Shown here in pieces: positions 28,758 to 38,395 of a DNA stretch of 64,000 nt (its first letter is position 1; each line of letters opens with the position of its first letter). The stretch is taken from assembly GCA_043747615.1 (NCBI GenBank), contig JAYTOU010000024.1, forward strand, positions 67,295 through 131,294, in the 5' to 3' direction. Below the pieces are notes generated by a model. That model was not told the origin of the DNA. It searched no databases and worked only from the letters and a program-made list of their open reading frames with translations. This stretch comes from Myxococcales bacterium. GTDB taxonomy: Bacteria; Myxococcota_A; Polyangia; Polyangiales; Polyangiaceae. A program made the position numbers and the translations under genes.

Positions 28758-30152
28758 CTAAAAGGGAGCGCTGGTTGCGAGAGGACGATCGCAGTGGTCC
28801 GTTTGCCAGACCATTCCGGCGCGGCAGCAATGGCCAGTCGACAGTTGCTCGCCTGCCTTGCACGTGGGAGCCGCTACGCTCGCTGAGCCGGACGCGACGG
28901 GCGGCCGTGTCACGTGAGGCAGATCTTTTTTCGCGCTTGCGCTCGCAGCAGGTGCAGATGCGGAGACAACCGGCAGGGCGACGGAGGGTGTCGGCACGAC
29001 GACCGGATCCGGCACGGGCGGCGGCGGCGGCGCCTGCGCATTCGAGAGCTCAGAGTCGACCATCGGAAAGAGCGGCTCAGGCGCGGGCGTCCTCGCCTTC
29101 CACACGCCGATGCCAATCACGCTGAGCACGATCCCCGCGAGCACGACGAGACCTGCAAAAAACGCGGGAAACGGACGTTTCGGAGTCTCCCCCCGAATCG
29201 ACAATCCCGACGACGATCGGGACGTCGCCATTCCCGGCGGGGGGTGAGACGCCACCGTGGACGCCGACCCCGACGCGTACGCATCGAGAGCGCGATGCAT
29301 CTCCGCGGCCGAGATGAAGCGCGCACTCACGTCGATCGAGAGCGCGCGAAGAACGATTCCATCGAGGTGACCATCGACGTCCGAGCGTCTCTCGCGAACC
29401 GATCTCACCGGCACCGTCACGATGCGCGCGATCACCGCGGAGTGCGACGGAGCCGCATGCGCAGGCTCGCCGACCAGACATTCATAGAGCGTTGCACCCA
29501 CGGCCCACACGTCCGCGCGCGCGTCGATGTCCTTGTCGGCCCGCACTTGCTCCGGTGCCATGTAGAGCGGCGACCCCAAGATCGCTCCCGTTCCGGTGAG
29601 CGCGCCCGAACCGACCTCGGATGCAAACTTCGCGATGCCGAAGTCGAGCACCTTGATGGAGCGTCCGCCGTCGGCCTTCTTCACGAGGAAAATATTGGCC
29701 GGCTTGATGTCCCGATGGATGATTCCCGCGGCGTGCGCTGCCTCGAGAGCATGCAGCACTTCCATGGAGATCTCGACCGCTTCGTCGATCGGCAACGGCC
29801 CGCGCTGTACGCGCTCGGCGACCGATTCCCCAGGAAGCAGCTCCATCACCATGTAGGGCGCGCCGTCCTCCGTTTGCCCCAAGTCGAAGACGTCGACGAT
29901 GTTGGGGTGACCGATGCGGCCCGCTGCCTGCGCCTCGCGCGCAAAACGTGCTTCCGATTCGGGGCCGTTCGAGGTGTCGGCGTGGAGAAGCTTGAGGGCG
30001 AATTTCCGCTCGATGCCGAGATGGGTGACCAGGAACACCGCGCCCATACCGCCCGCTCCGAGCAGGCTCTCGACACGGTATTTCGCGGCGATCACCGACC
30101 CAATGCGTTTCGCCGCGGCCTCATCGATCCCCTTACGTCCGGACGAGCTCAC
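28758..30152 (-). CDS. Membrane Ser/Thr protein kinase with short Cys-rich extracytoplasmic tail
   Basis: GAGGMG, ALK, HRDIKPAN, DFG, YMAPE, TM segment. GTG start at 30152 with upstream GGAG. Confidence 0.9.
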   Translation of the reverse strand: MSSSGRKGIDEAAAKRIGSVIAAKYRVESLLGAGGMGAVFLVTHLGIERKFALKLLHADTSNGPESEARFAREAQAAGRIGHPNIVDVFDLGQTEDGAPYMVMELLPGESVAERVQRGPLPIDEAVEISMEVLHALEAAHAAGIIHRDIKPANIFLVKKADGGRSIKVLDFGIAKFASEVGSGALTGTGAILGSPLYMAPEQVRADKDIDARADVWAVGATLYECLVGEPAHAAPSHSAVIARIVTVPVRSVRERRSDVDGHLDGIVLRALSIDVSARFISAAEMHRALDAYASGSASTVASHPPPGMATSRSSSGLSIRGETPKRPFPAFFAGLVVLAGIVLSVIGIGVWKARTPAPEPLFPMVDSELSNAQAPPPPPVPDPVVVPTPSVALPVVSASAPAASASAKKDLPHVTRPPVASGSASVAAPTCKAGEQLSTGHCCRAGMVWQTDHCDRPLATSAPF

Positions 30153-30220
30153 TTCTCCGCCAGCGTAGAGTGCGTCCGGCGTTCTGGCGAGCGTCGCGCG
30201 AGCGGAATGACGTGGTGGAG

Positions 30221-30493
30221 CTAGTGCCAGGCGCCCGCAGTTTTTACGGGCTGGCCCGTGCGATCGTGCTCGGCCAGGAGCGCGGTCGTCTTCACCACGC
30301 ACCCCACGCACGACGAGAACATCGACCCGTGCGCGCACTTCACCTGCGTCGCCGTGGTGCCGAACTCCTCGACGTCGAGGTGCCGACCGCACGCGACGCA
30401 GTGGATGTGCTGCTGCTGCGCGGTGCCCGCAGAGTTGGGGCCGCCTTTCAATTCTTTGCGATCGCGCTTGGTGAGACGCTTTTCCCGTTTCAT
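30221..30493 (-). CDS. Small basic Cys/His-rich (probable Zn-binding) protein
   Basis: MKREKRLTKRDRK, HIHCVACG, CAHG, CVGC, EHD. 90 aa. Confidence 0.7.
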   Translation of the reverse strand: MKREKRLTKRDRKELKGGPNSAGTAQQQHIHCVACGRHLDVEEFGTTATQVKCAHGSMFSSCVGCVVKTTALLAEHDRTGQPVKTAGAWH

Positions 30494-30610
30494 GCGCGTC
30501 CGATCTAGCACAAGTCACAGGGGTTCCGCTCACGGTGTCATGGTCCGCTCTCGACATAAAGACGGGCCGGACCTCGACAAGAGGGCCCGAATAGCGAAAA
30601 ACTTTGGACG

Positions 30611-31435
30611 ATGCTCCGCTTGGCTACCCAAAAGCGCCGCTTGAAATCGAAGGTCCAGGAACTGTCGGACGACGACGTCATCCTCGAGGTCGCGCCGCGC
30701 GCCGAGGCTTTGCCCCCACGCTCCATCGAGTCACGCTCGTGCATCGTGGCATTTCCGAGCTACGCACACGACGCGCCGACGAGCACGTTTATTGGACGCA
30801 TCGACACATGGAAGCTTCCGCCGCCACCGCGCATTCCGGTCCTGGCCTCCTTTCTCGCGCGCTCGCCAAGCCATTCGGATTCCTCCGTACCGCCCGTGGC
30901 CATGCCGGCGGCGATCATTGCCCCGCCCCGCAAGCCCGCCGCGCTCACCTCAGCGGCCGCCACGCAGAAGATTCGCGCAACGCTCGGCGAGATTACCGAG
31001 CACACCCTCGTCATCGTGCAAGGTCGACCGAGCATCGGCTGGGCGGCAGCGCTGCTCACGATCGGTATTTGCGTCGGCGCATTCCTGGCTCGCCCGGGCC
31101 GAAATGAGCTCGCGGCGGAAGCGGCGTACGAAGGAGCGCACGAGCTCACCCCCGCGCATGCCGCGCAAGAGAGCGCAGCACCCGAGATCATCATGGCCGC
31201 CGCGACGACACGCGCACCCACGGTCTCCGAAGTCCCGCCGCCGCCGGTTGTCATCTTGGCTGCGCCGCCCGCGCTCGCTCCGGTCCAGATCGCGCCCGCG
31301 AAGATCATCACCGCGAAAAAGCTCCTGGTAAAGAACGCAGCGCCTTCGCCGGCCGTCGCAACCGCACCCTCCGCGCGCAGCGCAAAAGACGCCGATGCGC
31401 TCGCCCGCGAGCAGCTCAAGTCCGCGCTCCGCTAA
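30611..31435 (+). CDS. Hypothetical single-TM Pro/Ala-rich protein
   Basis: One hydrophobic segment and low-complexity linkers. Confidence 0.6.
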   Translation: MLRLATQKRRLKSKVQELSDDDVILEVAPRAEALPPRSIESRSCIVAFPSYAHDAPTSTFIGRIDTWKLPPPPRIPVLASFLARSPSHSDSSVPPVAMPAAIIAPPRKPAALTSAAATQKIRATLGEITEHTLVIVQGRPSIGWAAALLTIGICVGAFLARPGRNELAAEAAYEGAHELTPAHAAQESAAPEIIMAAATTRAPTVSEVPPPPVVILAAPPALAPVQIAPAKIITAKKLLVKNAAPSPAVATAPSARSAKDADALAREQLKSALR

Positions 31436-31447
31436 AACTACGGCGCG

Positions 31448-31720
31448 CTACTTCTGCCGGAGCTCCGCCAGAAAATTGGCGATTCGAGGGTAAGCGTCGA
31501 AGGTCGCTCCCCCCAGCTTCGCGAAAAGCGCGGCCGGGAGCGCGACGACCACGAGGACGCGGAGGACGACGACCACCAGCGTCGCGAGAACGGCCCACGC
31601 CGGAAAGTGACCACCGGATGACAGGATGGCCATCGTCGCGTCGCTCGAGATCACGAAGCGAAGGCCGAGGGCGTAGGAGACGATGAGGGCAAGAGCGACT
31701 GCAAGGAAACGGTAGCTCAC
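31448..31720 (-). CDS. Small hydrophobic membrane protein
   Basis: Two to three hydrophobic segments. GTGA overlap with upstream gene. Confidence 0.6.
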   Translation of the reverse strand: MSYRFLAVALALIVSYALGLRFVISSDATMAILSSGGHFPAWAVLATLVVVVLRVLVVVALPAALFAKLGGATFDAYPRIANFLAELRQK

Positions 31721-32853
31721 AGCGCCTCCTTCGGGGCAGTCACCATCGCGAAGAGAATGGCGTCGCCGATGGGACCTCCGCTCGCATACCTCCGGAATTC
31801 ATCCTCGTCACTTGGAAGGCCGAAGAGGTGAGCGGTGCTATAGAGCGCGCGAAAAGAGGCTTCGTCCGCGTTCACGCGACTGGCTCCGATGGCAAATCCG
31901 GTCGCGGTAAATCCATATCCAAATAGGATTGGGCCTGAGTCGTAATCACTTCGTCCGTTTATGCCGAGCGGGTATTCGCGAATGACTCCGAAGCGTAGCA
32001 CCGTCGCCTGCAGCTCCCCGCGCACCGCCTTCCACATGTCTCGGGAGAGAGCGCGGTCCGCAAACGAGAGAAAGTAGATGGCGAGGCAGGTGCCCGAGCC
32101 GCGCGGCGCATCGAGCCTTACTCCCGTCACAGGGTGGACGAGCTGGATGAGGAGACCCGTGGGTTGGTCGACGTAATCGCGGCGGAAACGCGCGCTCAAG
32201 GCCCCGAGGAGGAAGTGGTGATCCGCGCCGGTGGCCCGGTCGTAGAGGCCGATCGAACCGATGCCTGCGGCATTGTCCACGGGGTACACCTCTCCGGGAT
32301 AGGACTGAAGGAGAAGAAGCGGCGCCGAACGGAACCGCCGAACGAGCGTCGCGGTGATCGCATCGTTCAGGGCCGCGAACTTGGAATGAGGATCGACCAT
32401 GCGGTGGAGGCTCAATAGCAAGTTGAGATATCCCAAGAAGGCACCATGGTCGTCGCCTCCGTTCAAAGTGCGGAGCGGATCGGTCCCTCCCCAGGCATCG
32501 CTATCGAACACCCGAGCCCGCGGCTCGATGAGCTTTTCGATACAGTGGACCATACGACGTCCGTTCTGCTCGCGAAGCTCGGGGTGCTCGAGGGCCATCT
32601 GCCCGAACCCCATTCCCCCCATCATGTACGTCGCGAAGAGCCATTCGCCGTCGATGCGCGAGGAGCCGGTCTTGAACTTCGACTGCGCGAGGTCCCCGTC
32701 GATCCATCGCTCGACACCGCGCGCGAGCGTGCTTTGGCGTTCGAGGTCGCCTCGGTACCAGCTCGAAGATTCACGCGCACACACCGGCTGAGGGACGATC
32801 AAAAGGCCCATCACGAAGAGCGCGCAGCATGTAAGCCATCGTCCGTGTCTCAT
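31717..32853 (-). CDS. Secreted linalool dehydratase/isomerase-like (alpha/alpha)6-barrel protein
   Basis: Signal peptide. GEWLFATY, LQSYPGEVYPVDN, RGSG, REYP, DYDSGP and GDAILFAM motifs. Confidence 0.6.
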   Translation of the reverse strand: MRHGRWLTCCALFVMGLLIVPQPVCARESSSWYRGDLERQSTLARGVERWIDGDLAQSKFKTGSSRIDGEWLFATYMMGGMGFGQMALEHPELREQNGRRMVHCIEKLIEPRARVFDSDAWGGTDPLRTLNGGDDHGAFLGYLNLLLSLHRMVDPHSKFAALNDAITATLVRRFRSAPLLLLQSYPGEVYPVDNAAGIGSIGLYDRATGADHHFLLGALSARFRRDYVDQPTGLLIQLVHPVTGVRLDAPRGSGTCLAIYFLSFADRALSRDMWKAVRGELQATVLRFGVIREYPLGINGRSDYDSGPILFGYGFTATGFAIGASRVNADEASFRALYSTAHLFGLPSDEDEFRRYASGGPIGDAILFAMVTAPKEAL

Positions 32854-33027
32854 GGATGAATCGTACGACGCGGCTGAAATAAAGCTGTTTCAGCCATCGA
32901 CGTCTCGCGACCGCTCAACTCTCCGATCCGACCGTTCGCGAGATTGCCATGGGTCGCGCATCGAGATCTTCTCGACCGAGCGGACTAAAAACTTGCCTAC
33001 GTGCGGCGCATCGCTTAACCGCGAGGG

Positions 33028-34593
33028 ATGGTGAAGCGCGGGCTTCTGGTGGCCAGCGTCGTCCCGCTCCTGTTCATCGGGTGCAAGGGCGATGCAACGC
33101 CCGCAGCTTCGCAAGACGGCGGTGTGACCGTGACCATCGCCGCGATCGGCGTGAACGAAGCGGGCCTCGACAGCGGCGCGTCTAGCGGCCCACGCATCGC
33201 AGCCCTCGCCTCGCCGACTCCGATTTTCAGCGGAACGGAGTGGCCGCCGCGGGACCGGACCAAGGCGAGCGAGGAGCGGGCGGGCATCATCCGCCTCGGG
33301 TACCTGCGAACCGGTCAGACCGCGGCCGTGAAACCGGATGTCATCAAGAAATCCAACTGCCCCGAGGGCTGGTACGAGCTCGTCGACGGCGGGTTCGTTT
33401 GCGGACGATTCGCGACGATGGATTTTCACCGCGAGGAGCTGGCGAACGCGCCGCATCCACCGTTCACCGAGGGGCCGCTCCCCTACCAATACGGTCTCAA
33501 CCTCACGAACGGAACACCGCTCTACACCCGCATGCCCACCAAGAAAGAGCGGCGGAAATTCGAGGCCACGCTCGGCGGAGTGGGGGACGTGAAGGACGCG
33601 CCACAACCCGTCATCGGAGGCTCCGACGAAGAGACGCCGTGGTACCTGCGCGATCACAAGGGCGCGAAGCCGCAGGTCAGCTTAGAGGAGCTGCATAACG
33701 AGCGCCCGGGCGGGATCATCAGTCAGCGCATCGTCCGCGGCTTTTATCTATCGCTCGACAAACAAGTAGAAGGCCCGGCCGGGAAATTTTGGCAGACGAC
33801 GCACGGGCTGCTCACGCCGTTCGATCAGGTCATCGTCCACGAGTCGAAGACCGAATTCGAGGGAGTGCAAATTGGCACCGCAGGAGAAACGCGCAAGCTG
33901 CCGATCGGTTTCGTGCTTGGTCTTACCGCGCACAGGTACACCATCGAAGAGCTCGACGAAGCGGCGATCAAGGCGAAAAAAGAGCCTAAGGTGCATCGCG
34001 GAGAAAAGTTCGAGCACTTCGCCATCTTCGCAATGAGCGGCAAGAAAGCTTACGTCCAGAAGCACGATTTCCTGCAGCTGGCGGATGGCAGTTGGGTCCG
34101 CGACTTCGAGGTGACGGTGACGAATCCCGGGCCCCCTCCGGAAGGTCTCGCGCCCAACGAGAAATGGATCGACGTCAACCTCACCACGCAGACCCTCGTT
34201 GCCTTCGAGGGTGACCGCGCCGTGTACGCCACGCTCGTCTCCAGCGGAAAACACAACGCCGATGATCCAGAGAAAAATCACCGCACGGCGCGGGGAAGCT
34301 TCCGCATTCGCGAGAAGCACATCTCGTCCACCATGGACGACGACAGCGCGAGCGACGGCCCTTACTCGATCCAAGATGTTCCCTGGATCATGTATTTTCA
34401 CGGCGGATACGCGCTGCACGGCGCATTCTGGCATTCCTCGTTCGGACACGAGCGCAGCCACGGATGCGTGAATCTCACCCCGCACGACGCGAAGGCGCTC
34501 TTCGCTTGGACCGGGCCTCGACTACCCCCCGGCTGGCACGGCGTTCACGAGACGGACGCCAACGTGGGTACCCGCGTAGTCGTTCACGAGTAA
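33028..34593 (+). CDS. L,D-transpeptidase (YkuD/ErfK family) lipoprotein
   Basis: Lipobox FIGC. WIDVNLTTQTLVAFEG and catalytic ALHGAFWH...SHGCVNL. Confidence 0.9.
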   Translation: MVKRGLLVASVVPLLFIGCKGDATPAASQDGGVTVTIAAIGVNEAGLDSGASSGPRIAALASPTPIFSGTEWPPRDRTKASEERAGIIRLGYLRTGQTAAVKPDVIKKSNCPEGWYELVDGGFVCGRFATMDFHREELANAPHPPFTEGPLPYQYGLNLTNGTPLYTRMPTKKERRKFEATLGGVGDVKDAPQPVIGGSDEETPWYLRDHKGAKPQVSLEELHNERPGGIISQRIVRGFYLSLDKQVEGPAGKFWQTTHGLLTPFDQVIVHESKTEFEGVQIGTAGETRKLPIGFVLGLTAHRYTIEELDEAAIKAKKEPKVHRGEKFEHFAIFAMSGKKAYVQKHDFLQLADGSWVRDFEVTVTNPGPPPEGLAPNEKWIDVNLTTQTLVAFEGDRAVYATLVSSGKHNADDPEKNHRTARGSFRIREKHISSTMDDDSASDGPYSIQDVPWIMYFHGGYALHGAFWHSSFGHERSHGCVNLTPHDAKALFAWTGPRLPPGWHGVHETDANVGTRVVVHE

Positions 34594-34603
34594 GCTCTCG
34601 CCG

Positions 34604-35050
34604 ATGCCGCGCTACACCCAACTCGTCTTCGTCGTGGTCGCCCTTGCAGGGTCCGCCTGCGCAAGCATCGATTTTCTTCCGGCCGCCGACATGCACGCGG
34701 GCTCGACTGCGGAAGACGCGGGGCCGGTGCACACCGAGCTCACCGTCGATGAAGTGGCGGCGAGGCTCGCGGCGCGAGACGGCACCACATTCGTCTTCGA
34801 TACGGACGGCAAGGAGCTCTATGCGGCCGGGCATGTGCCGAGCGCGATCTGGATCGGTTACGGCGACGTCCCCTCGGGAGCCCTTCCGGCCGACAAGAAC
34901 GCGAGCCTGATTTTCTATTGCCTCAACGCTACGTGCGACTCCGCGGCGCGCGCGGCGCATCAGGCGACGACGCTCGGCTTTTCCCACGTCTACCGAATGA
35001 CGGCCGGTATCGATGGCTGGCGTAAGGCAAAAAACGCCGTGGAGCGGTGA
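34604..35050 (+). CDS. Rhodanese-like lipoprotein
   Basis: Lipobox-like GSAC, GHVPSA, FYCLNATC active-site loop, GIDGW. Confidence 0.85.
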   Translation: MPRYTQLVFVVVALAGSACASIDFLPAADMHAGSTAEDAGPVHTELTVDEVAARLAARDGTTFVFDTDGKELYAAGHVPSAIWIGYGDVPSGALPADKNASLIFYCLNATCDSAARAAHQATTLGFSHVYRMTAGIDGWRKAKNAVER

Positions 35051-35811
35051 GCGGCGAGGTGGCCACGCTCTTTTTCGTGGCGGTGCTCGGCGGCGCGCTC
35101 AATGCCGTTGCGGGGGGCGGAACATTTCTCACGTTCCCTGCTCTACTGTTTGCCCGCATTCCGCCGATCATCGCGAACGCCACCGCCTCGGTCGCGCTGT
35201 GGCCGGCGTCCGCGGCGAGCGCGTTCGCCTATCGGAAAGATCTGACCACGCCGCGGCCAACGCTGGTGGCCCTCCTCATCGCGAGCGTGGTCGGCGCGTT
35301 CATCGGAGTGATGACTCTCCTTCATACGTCGGACGCAGCGTTCATGCGGCTGGTGCCGTTTCTTCTCCTCGCCGCCACCCTTCTTTTCACGTTTGGCGGC
35401 GCAATCTCAGCACGGCTCCTGAAACGATCGACGGCGAGTCCGCTCACCGGACGGACGCTCGCACTCGGAGTCGCAGCGCAGGGCCTCATCGCCATTTACG
35501 GCGGCTACTTCGGGGCGGGCATGGGCATTCTGATGTTGAGCATGATGTCGCTCGTTGGGATGACGAACATCCACGGCATGAACGCGCTCCGGAACATCCT
35601 GTCCGTTCTCATCAACGCCGTTGCAGTGACGGTATTCGTCGCGTCCGGATCCATCGCCTGGAAGCCCGGGGTCGTCATGATCATCGGCGGGATCATCGGA
35701 GGCTACTGGGGTGCCGCCGGTGCGCGCCGGCTCGACCCGAAGTGGGTCAAGCGGTTCGTCATCGCCGTAGCCTGGTCGATGACCGCCTATTTTTTCGTGC
35801 GCGCTCGCTGA
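35047..35811 (+). CDS. TauE/SafE-family sulfite exporter
   Basis: NAVAGGGTFLTFPAL, ANAT, YGGYFGAGMG. GTGA overlap with rhodanese gene. Confidence 0.9.
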   Translation: MSGEVATLFFVAVLGGALNAVAGGGTFLTFPALLFARIPPIIANATASVALWPASAASAFAYRKDLTTPRPTLVALLIASVVGAFIGVMTLLHTSDAAFMRLVPFLLLAATLLFTFGGAISARLLKRSTASPLTGRTLALGVAAQGLIAIYGGYFGAGMGILMLSMMSLVGMTNIHGMNALRNILSVLINAVAVTVFVASGSIAWKPGVVMIIGGIIGGYWGAAGARRLDPKWVKRFVIAVAWSMTAYFFVRAR

Positions 35812-35815
35812 TCGT

Positions 35816-36796
35816 TCATCGGCACCGCACGTTGAGCGTCCGCGGCGGCGCGTTGCTTCCAAACACGAGCGTGCAGTTGCGAAGCACATCGAGGCCGAGG
35901 ATCCCCTCGCCGCCGCATCCGTCGCCGGGGGCTTCGACGATCGTCATATCGCGCGTCAGGAGGAGCGCCCCAACGCGCATCCGCACCGACGCAAGAAGAT
36001 CGGCGGCGACGGGCCCTGAGACCGCATGGATCTCTGAGTCGTGCTGCATTCGCTTCATGCGCAACCGGTGCCCCGCGGCCGTTCTGCCGTAGACGAGAGT
36101 GCTGTCTGCGCCGGTGTCGACGAGCATGCGTACCGGCTCGCCTTCGATGATGGCGGTGACGAAGTAGATGTTGCCGCACGCTTTCGTGACGCCGAGATCT
36201 TGTGGGCCGAACAAGAACGGATCGGCTCCCTGGTCATCGTCGATGGTGTGTATTTCCTCGCGCGAAAGGTCGAAGACGATCGTGTGCGAAGGATCGAGGG
36301 TCTGGGGTGACAAGAGGCCCGCAATGCCGATCGCCGACATGCGCCCGCCATCTCCAGGGACGACGTAGAGCGGTCCCGAGGGCAGCTTTCCCCAACCCTC
36401 GATCCGGACCTGCGAAGCGTCCGTGGTACGCGCGTCTTGCTTGCGACCGGCGGCGTCGACGAAAGAGATCCCGGATGCCTTCGACGCGACCTCGAGTCTG
36501 TGCGCTACATCCTGGGTGATCACGTGCGCGCTCGCACCCGAGTCGACGAGCATGAAGGCAGACTGACCGGCGAGGTTGACGCGTACGAGCGGTGCTCTGC
36601 GGGGCGCGCGCATCTCGATTTGAGCGCTTTTCCCCCCTTCGCGCAGGCGTGCGCGCTCCTTGGCCGGCCGGTTGTCGGGCGCGTAAACGATCTTCTCCTC
36701 TTCGATGACGTGGCGAGGCGTCGGTGCGCTGCCCGCGCATGCCGACAGAGCGATCATGAAAACGAGCGCGCCGGCAGGTCTCTCTGGCACGCGCAA
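35816..36796 (-). CDS. Two-domain retropepsin-like aspartyl protease lipoprotein
   Basis: LSAC lipobox, MLVDSGA and MLVDTGA catalytic motifs, GILGLD. Alternative start 36757. Confidence 0.85.
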   Translation of the reverse strand: MRVPERPAGALVFMIALSACAGSAPTPRHVIEEEKIVYAPDNRPAKERARLREGGKSAQIEMRAPRRAPLVRVNLAGQSAFMLVDSGASAHVITQDVAHRLEVASKASGISFVDAAGRKQDARTTDASQVRIEGWGKLPSGPLYVVPGDGGRMSAIGIAGLLSPQTLDPSHTIVFDLSREEIHTIDDDQGADPFLFGPQDLGVTKACGNIYFVTAIIEGEPVRMLVDTGADSTLVYGRTAAGHRLRMKRMQHDSEIHAVSGPVAADLLASVRMRVGALLLTRDMTIVEAPGDGCGGEGILGLDVLRNCTLVFGSNAPPRTLNVRCR

Positions 36797-36921
36797 TCGT
36801 CTCTCAAAGCGTCGTGCGATGCAAAATCCCCCTCCGACTGGAGATCCAGAGATCGCCTATCCAGCCGCGGTCAGCGCAAAGAACTTGCTCACATCCCCCT
36901 ACCTTCTGATCTCCTTGATGA

Positions 36922-38376
36922 ATGCGCTTTCGTTCTCTCGCTGTCGCCTCTCTTTTTCTCATCAGCTGCGCATCGCCCTCCCACGCTCTGCGCGCTCACG
37001 CTCCGCCGGTCCACCCCGCGCCGCCGGCCGTGTCGACCACGACGACCACGAGCGTGCCCGCTATAGCCCCGACTCCGCCGCCGCCCGCGCATGCAAGCTT
37101 TGCCACCTGGCTCAGGAGCCGCCTCCCACCGGGCGGCGAGATCGTCGACAAGCCGGGCGAGGGCGTCGACGTGGTGCACGTCGTTCGCGACGGCGACACC
37201 GTGGAGACCGTGGCCAAGGCGTACCTCGACGTGACGAACGTGTACTTTGCAACTGATCTGGCGACCGAGATCGCCAAGCGAAACGGCACGGGAAAAAGCG
37301 CCCTGAAAGCCGACACGCGCCTGGTAATTCCGGGGATTCTAAGTGAGGCGTACAAGACCGGCGACGCGGAGCGCCTTCCTCACACCGAGGACAAAGCGAT
37401 GCGCGGTATCTACGTGCGCGGCGATAGCGCAGCGCGCGCAACGTTTCCCGCGATGCTCGATCGGATGGTCGATCGGGGGATTAACCTCATCGTCCTGGAT
37501 GCCAAGGACTACGACGGGCTGCTCACCTACCCGTCGAAGGTCGCGCTCGCCAACGATGCCGGCGCCGTCAAGCATCCGCCGATTCGCGATCTCGCCCGCA
37601 CGATTCGCTTCGTGCACGACAAGGGCATTCGAGTCGCCATGCGCATCGCGTCCTTCGAGGACGAGATCATGGCCAAGGCCAAACGCTCGCTCTCGGTCCA
37701 GTCCAAGTGGGGGCGGGCCTATCCGATCGGTTGGCTCGATCCGTCGAACGAAGGTGCGCAAGGCTACGTGATCGATCTGGCGAAGGAATGCCTCGACGCG
37801 GGAGCCGATGAAATTCAGCTCGACTACGTGCGCTACCCAGTGCTCGGGATCAAAGGCGCCGACTTTCATCTCAAGGAGCGAGGTCTCACCCAGACCACGG
37901 TGATCCGAGACTTCGTGCACAAGGTGCACGCCGTCACCAAGGCGCGAAATGCACCGCTTTCCCTGGACGTATTCGGAGTGATCGCCTTCGGAGCGCGGGT
38001 GGACATCGACGCGCTTGGTCAGGACCCGGTGCTCCTCGCGCCGGAGTGCGAAGCGCTCGCGCCCATGGTTTACCCTTCACACTATGCCAAGGGCTTCCAC
38101 GGGTGGGACGAGCCGGGCGATCATCCTGAGATCGTAGGCATCGGCACCAAGGCCATCCGCGCGCAGATTGCCGCCGCTGGAATTCAAGGCGGAGCGGTGA
38201 TCCGGCCGTGGCTCCAGGCCATGAATTGGAAGTCGCCGACGTACTCTCCCGGGTACCTCGCGACGGAGATCAAGTCCGGCGACGACGCAGGTGGCGTAGG
38301 CTGGCTCATGTGGAACCCCGGACAAGACTACAGCTACGCCTGGCAGGCGGTGCCCAAGCGTCACGGCACGCGTTGA
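36922..38376 (+). CDS. Putative glycoside hydrolase (DUF4015-like) lipoprotein with LysM-like domain
   Basis: LISC lipobox, HVVRDGDTVETVA, RGIYV, DEIQLDYVRYP, PMVYPSHY, RPWLQA, WLMWNP. Confidence 0.8.
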   Translation: MRFRSLAVASLFLISCASPSHALRAHAPPVHPAPPAVSTTTTTSVPAIAPTPPPPAHASFATWLRSRLPPGGEIVDKPGEGVDVVHVVRDGDTVETVAKAYLDVTNVYFATDLATEIAKRNGTGKSALKADTRLVIPGILSEAYKTGDAERLPHTEDKAMRGIYVRGDSAARATFPAMLDRMVDRGINLIVLDAKDYDGLLTYPSKVALANDAGAVKHPPIRDLARTIRFVHDKGIRVAMRIASFEDEIMAKAKRSLSVQSKWGRAYPIGWLDPSNEGAQGYVIDLAKECLDAGADEIQLDYVRYPVLGIKGADFHLKERGLTQTTVIRDFVHKVHAVTKARNAPLSLDVFGVIAFGARVDIDALGQDPVLLAPECEALAPMVYPSHYAKGFHGWDEPGDHPEIVGIGTKAIRAQIAAAGIQGGAVIRPWLQAMNWKSPTYSPGYLATEIKSGDDAGGVGWLMWNPGQDYSYAWQAVPKRHGTR

Positions 38377-38395
38377 TTTCCCGCTTCGGAGAGAC

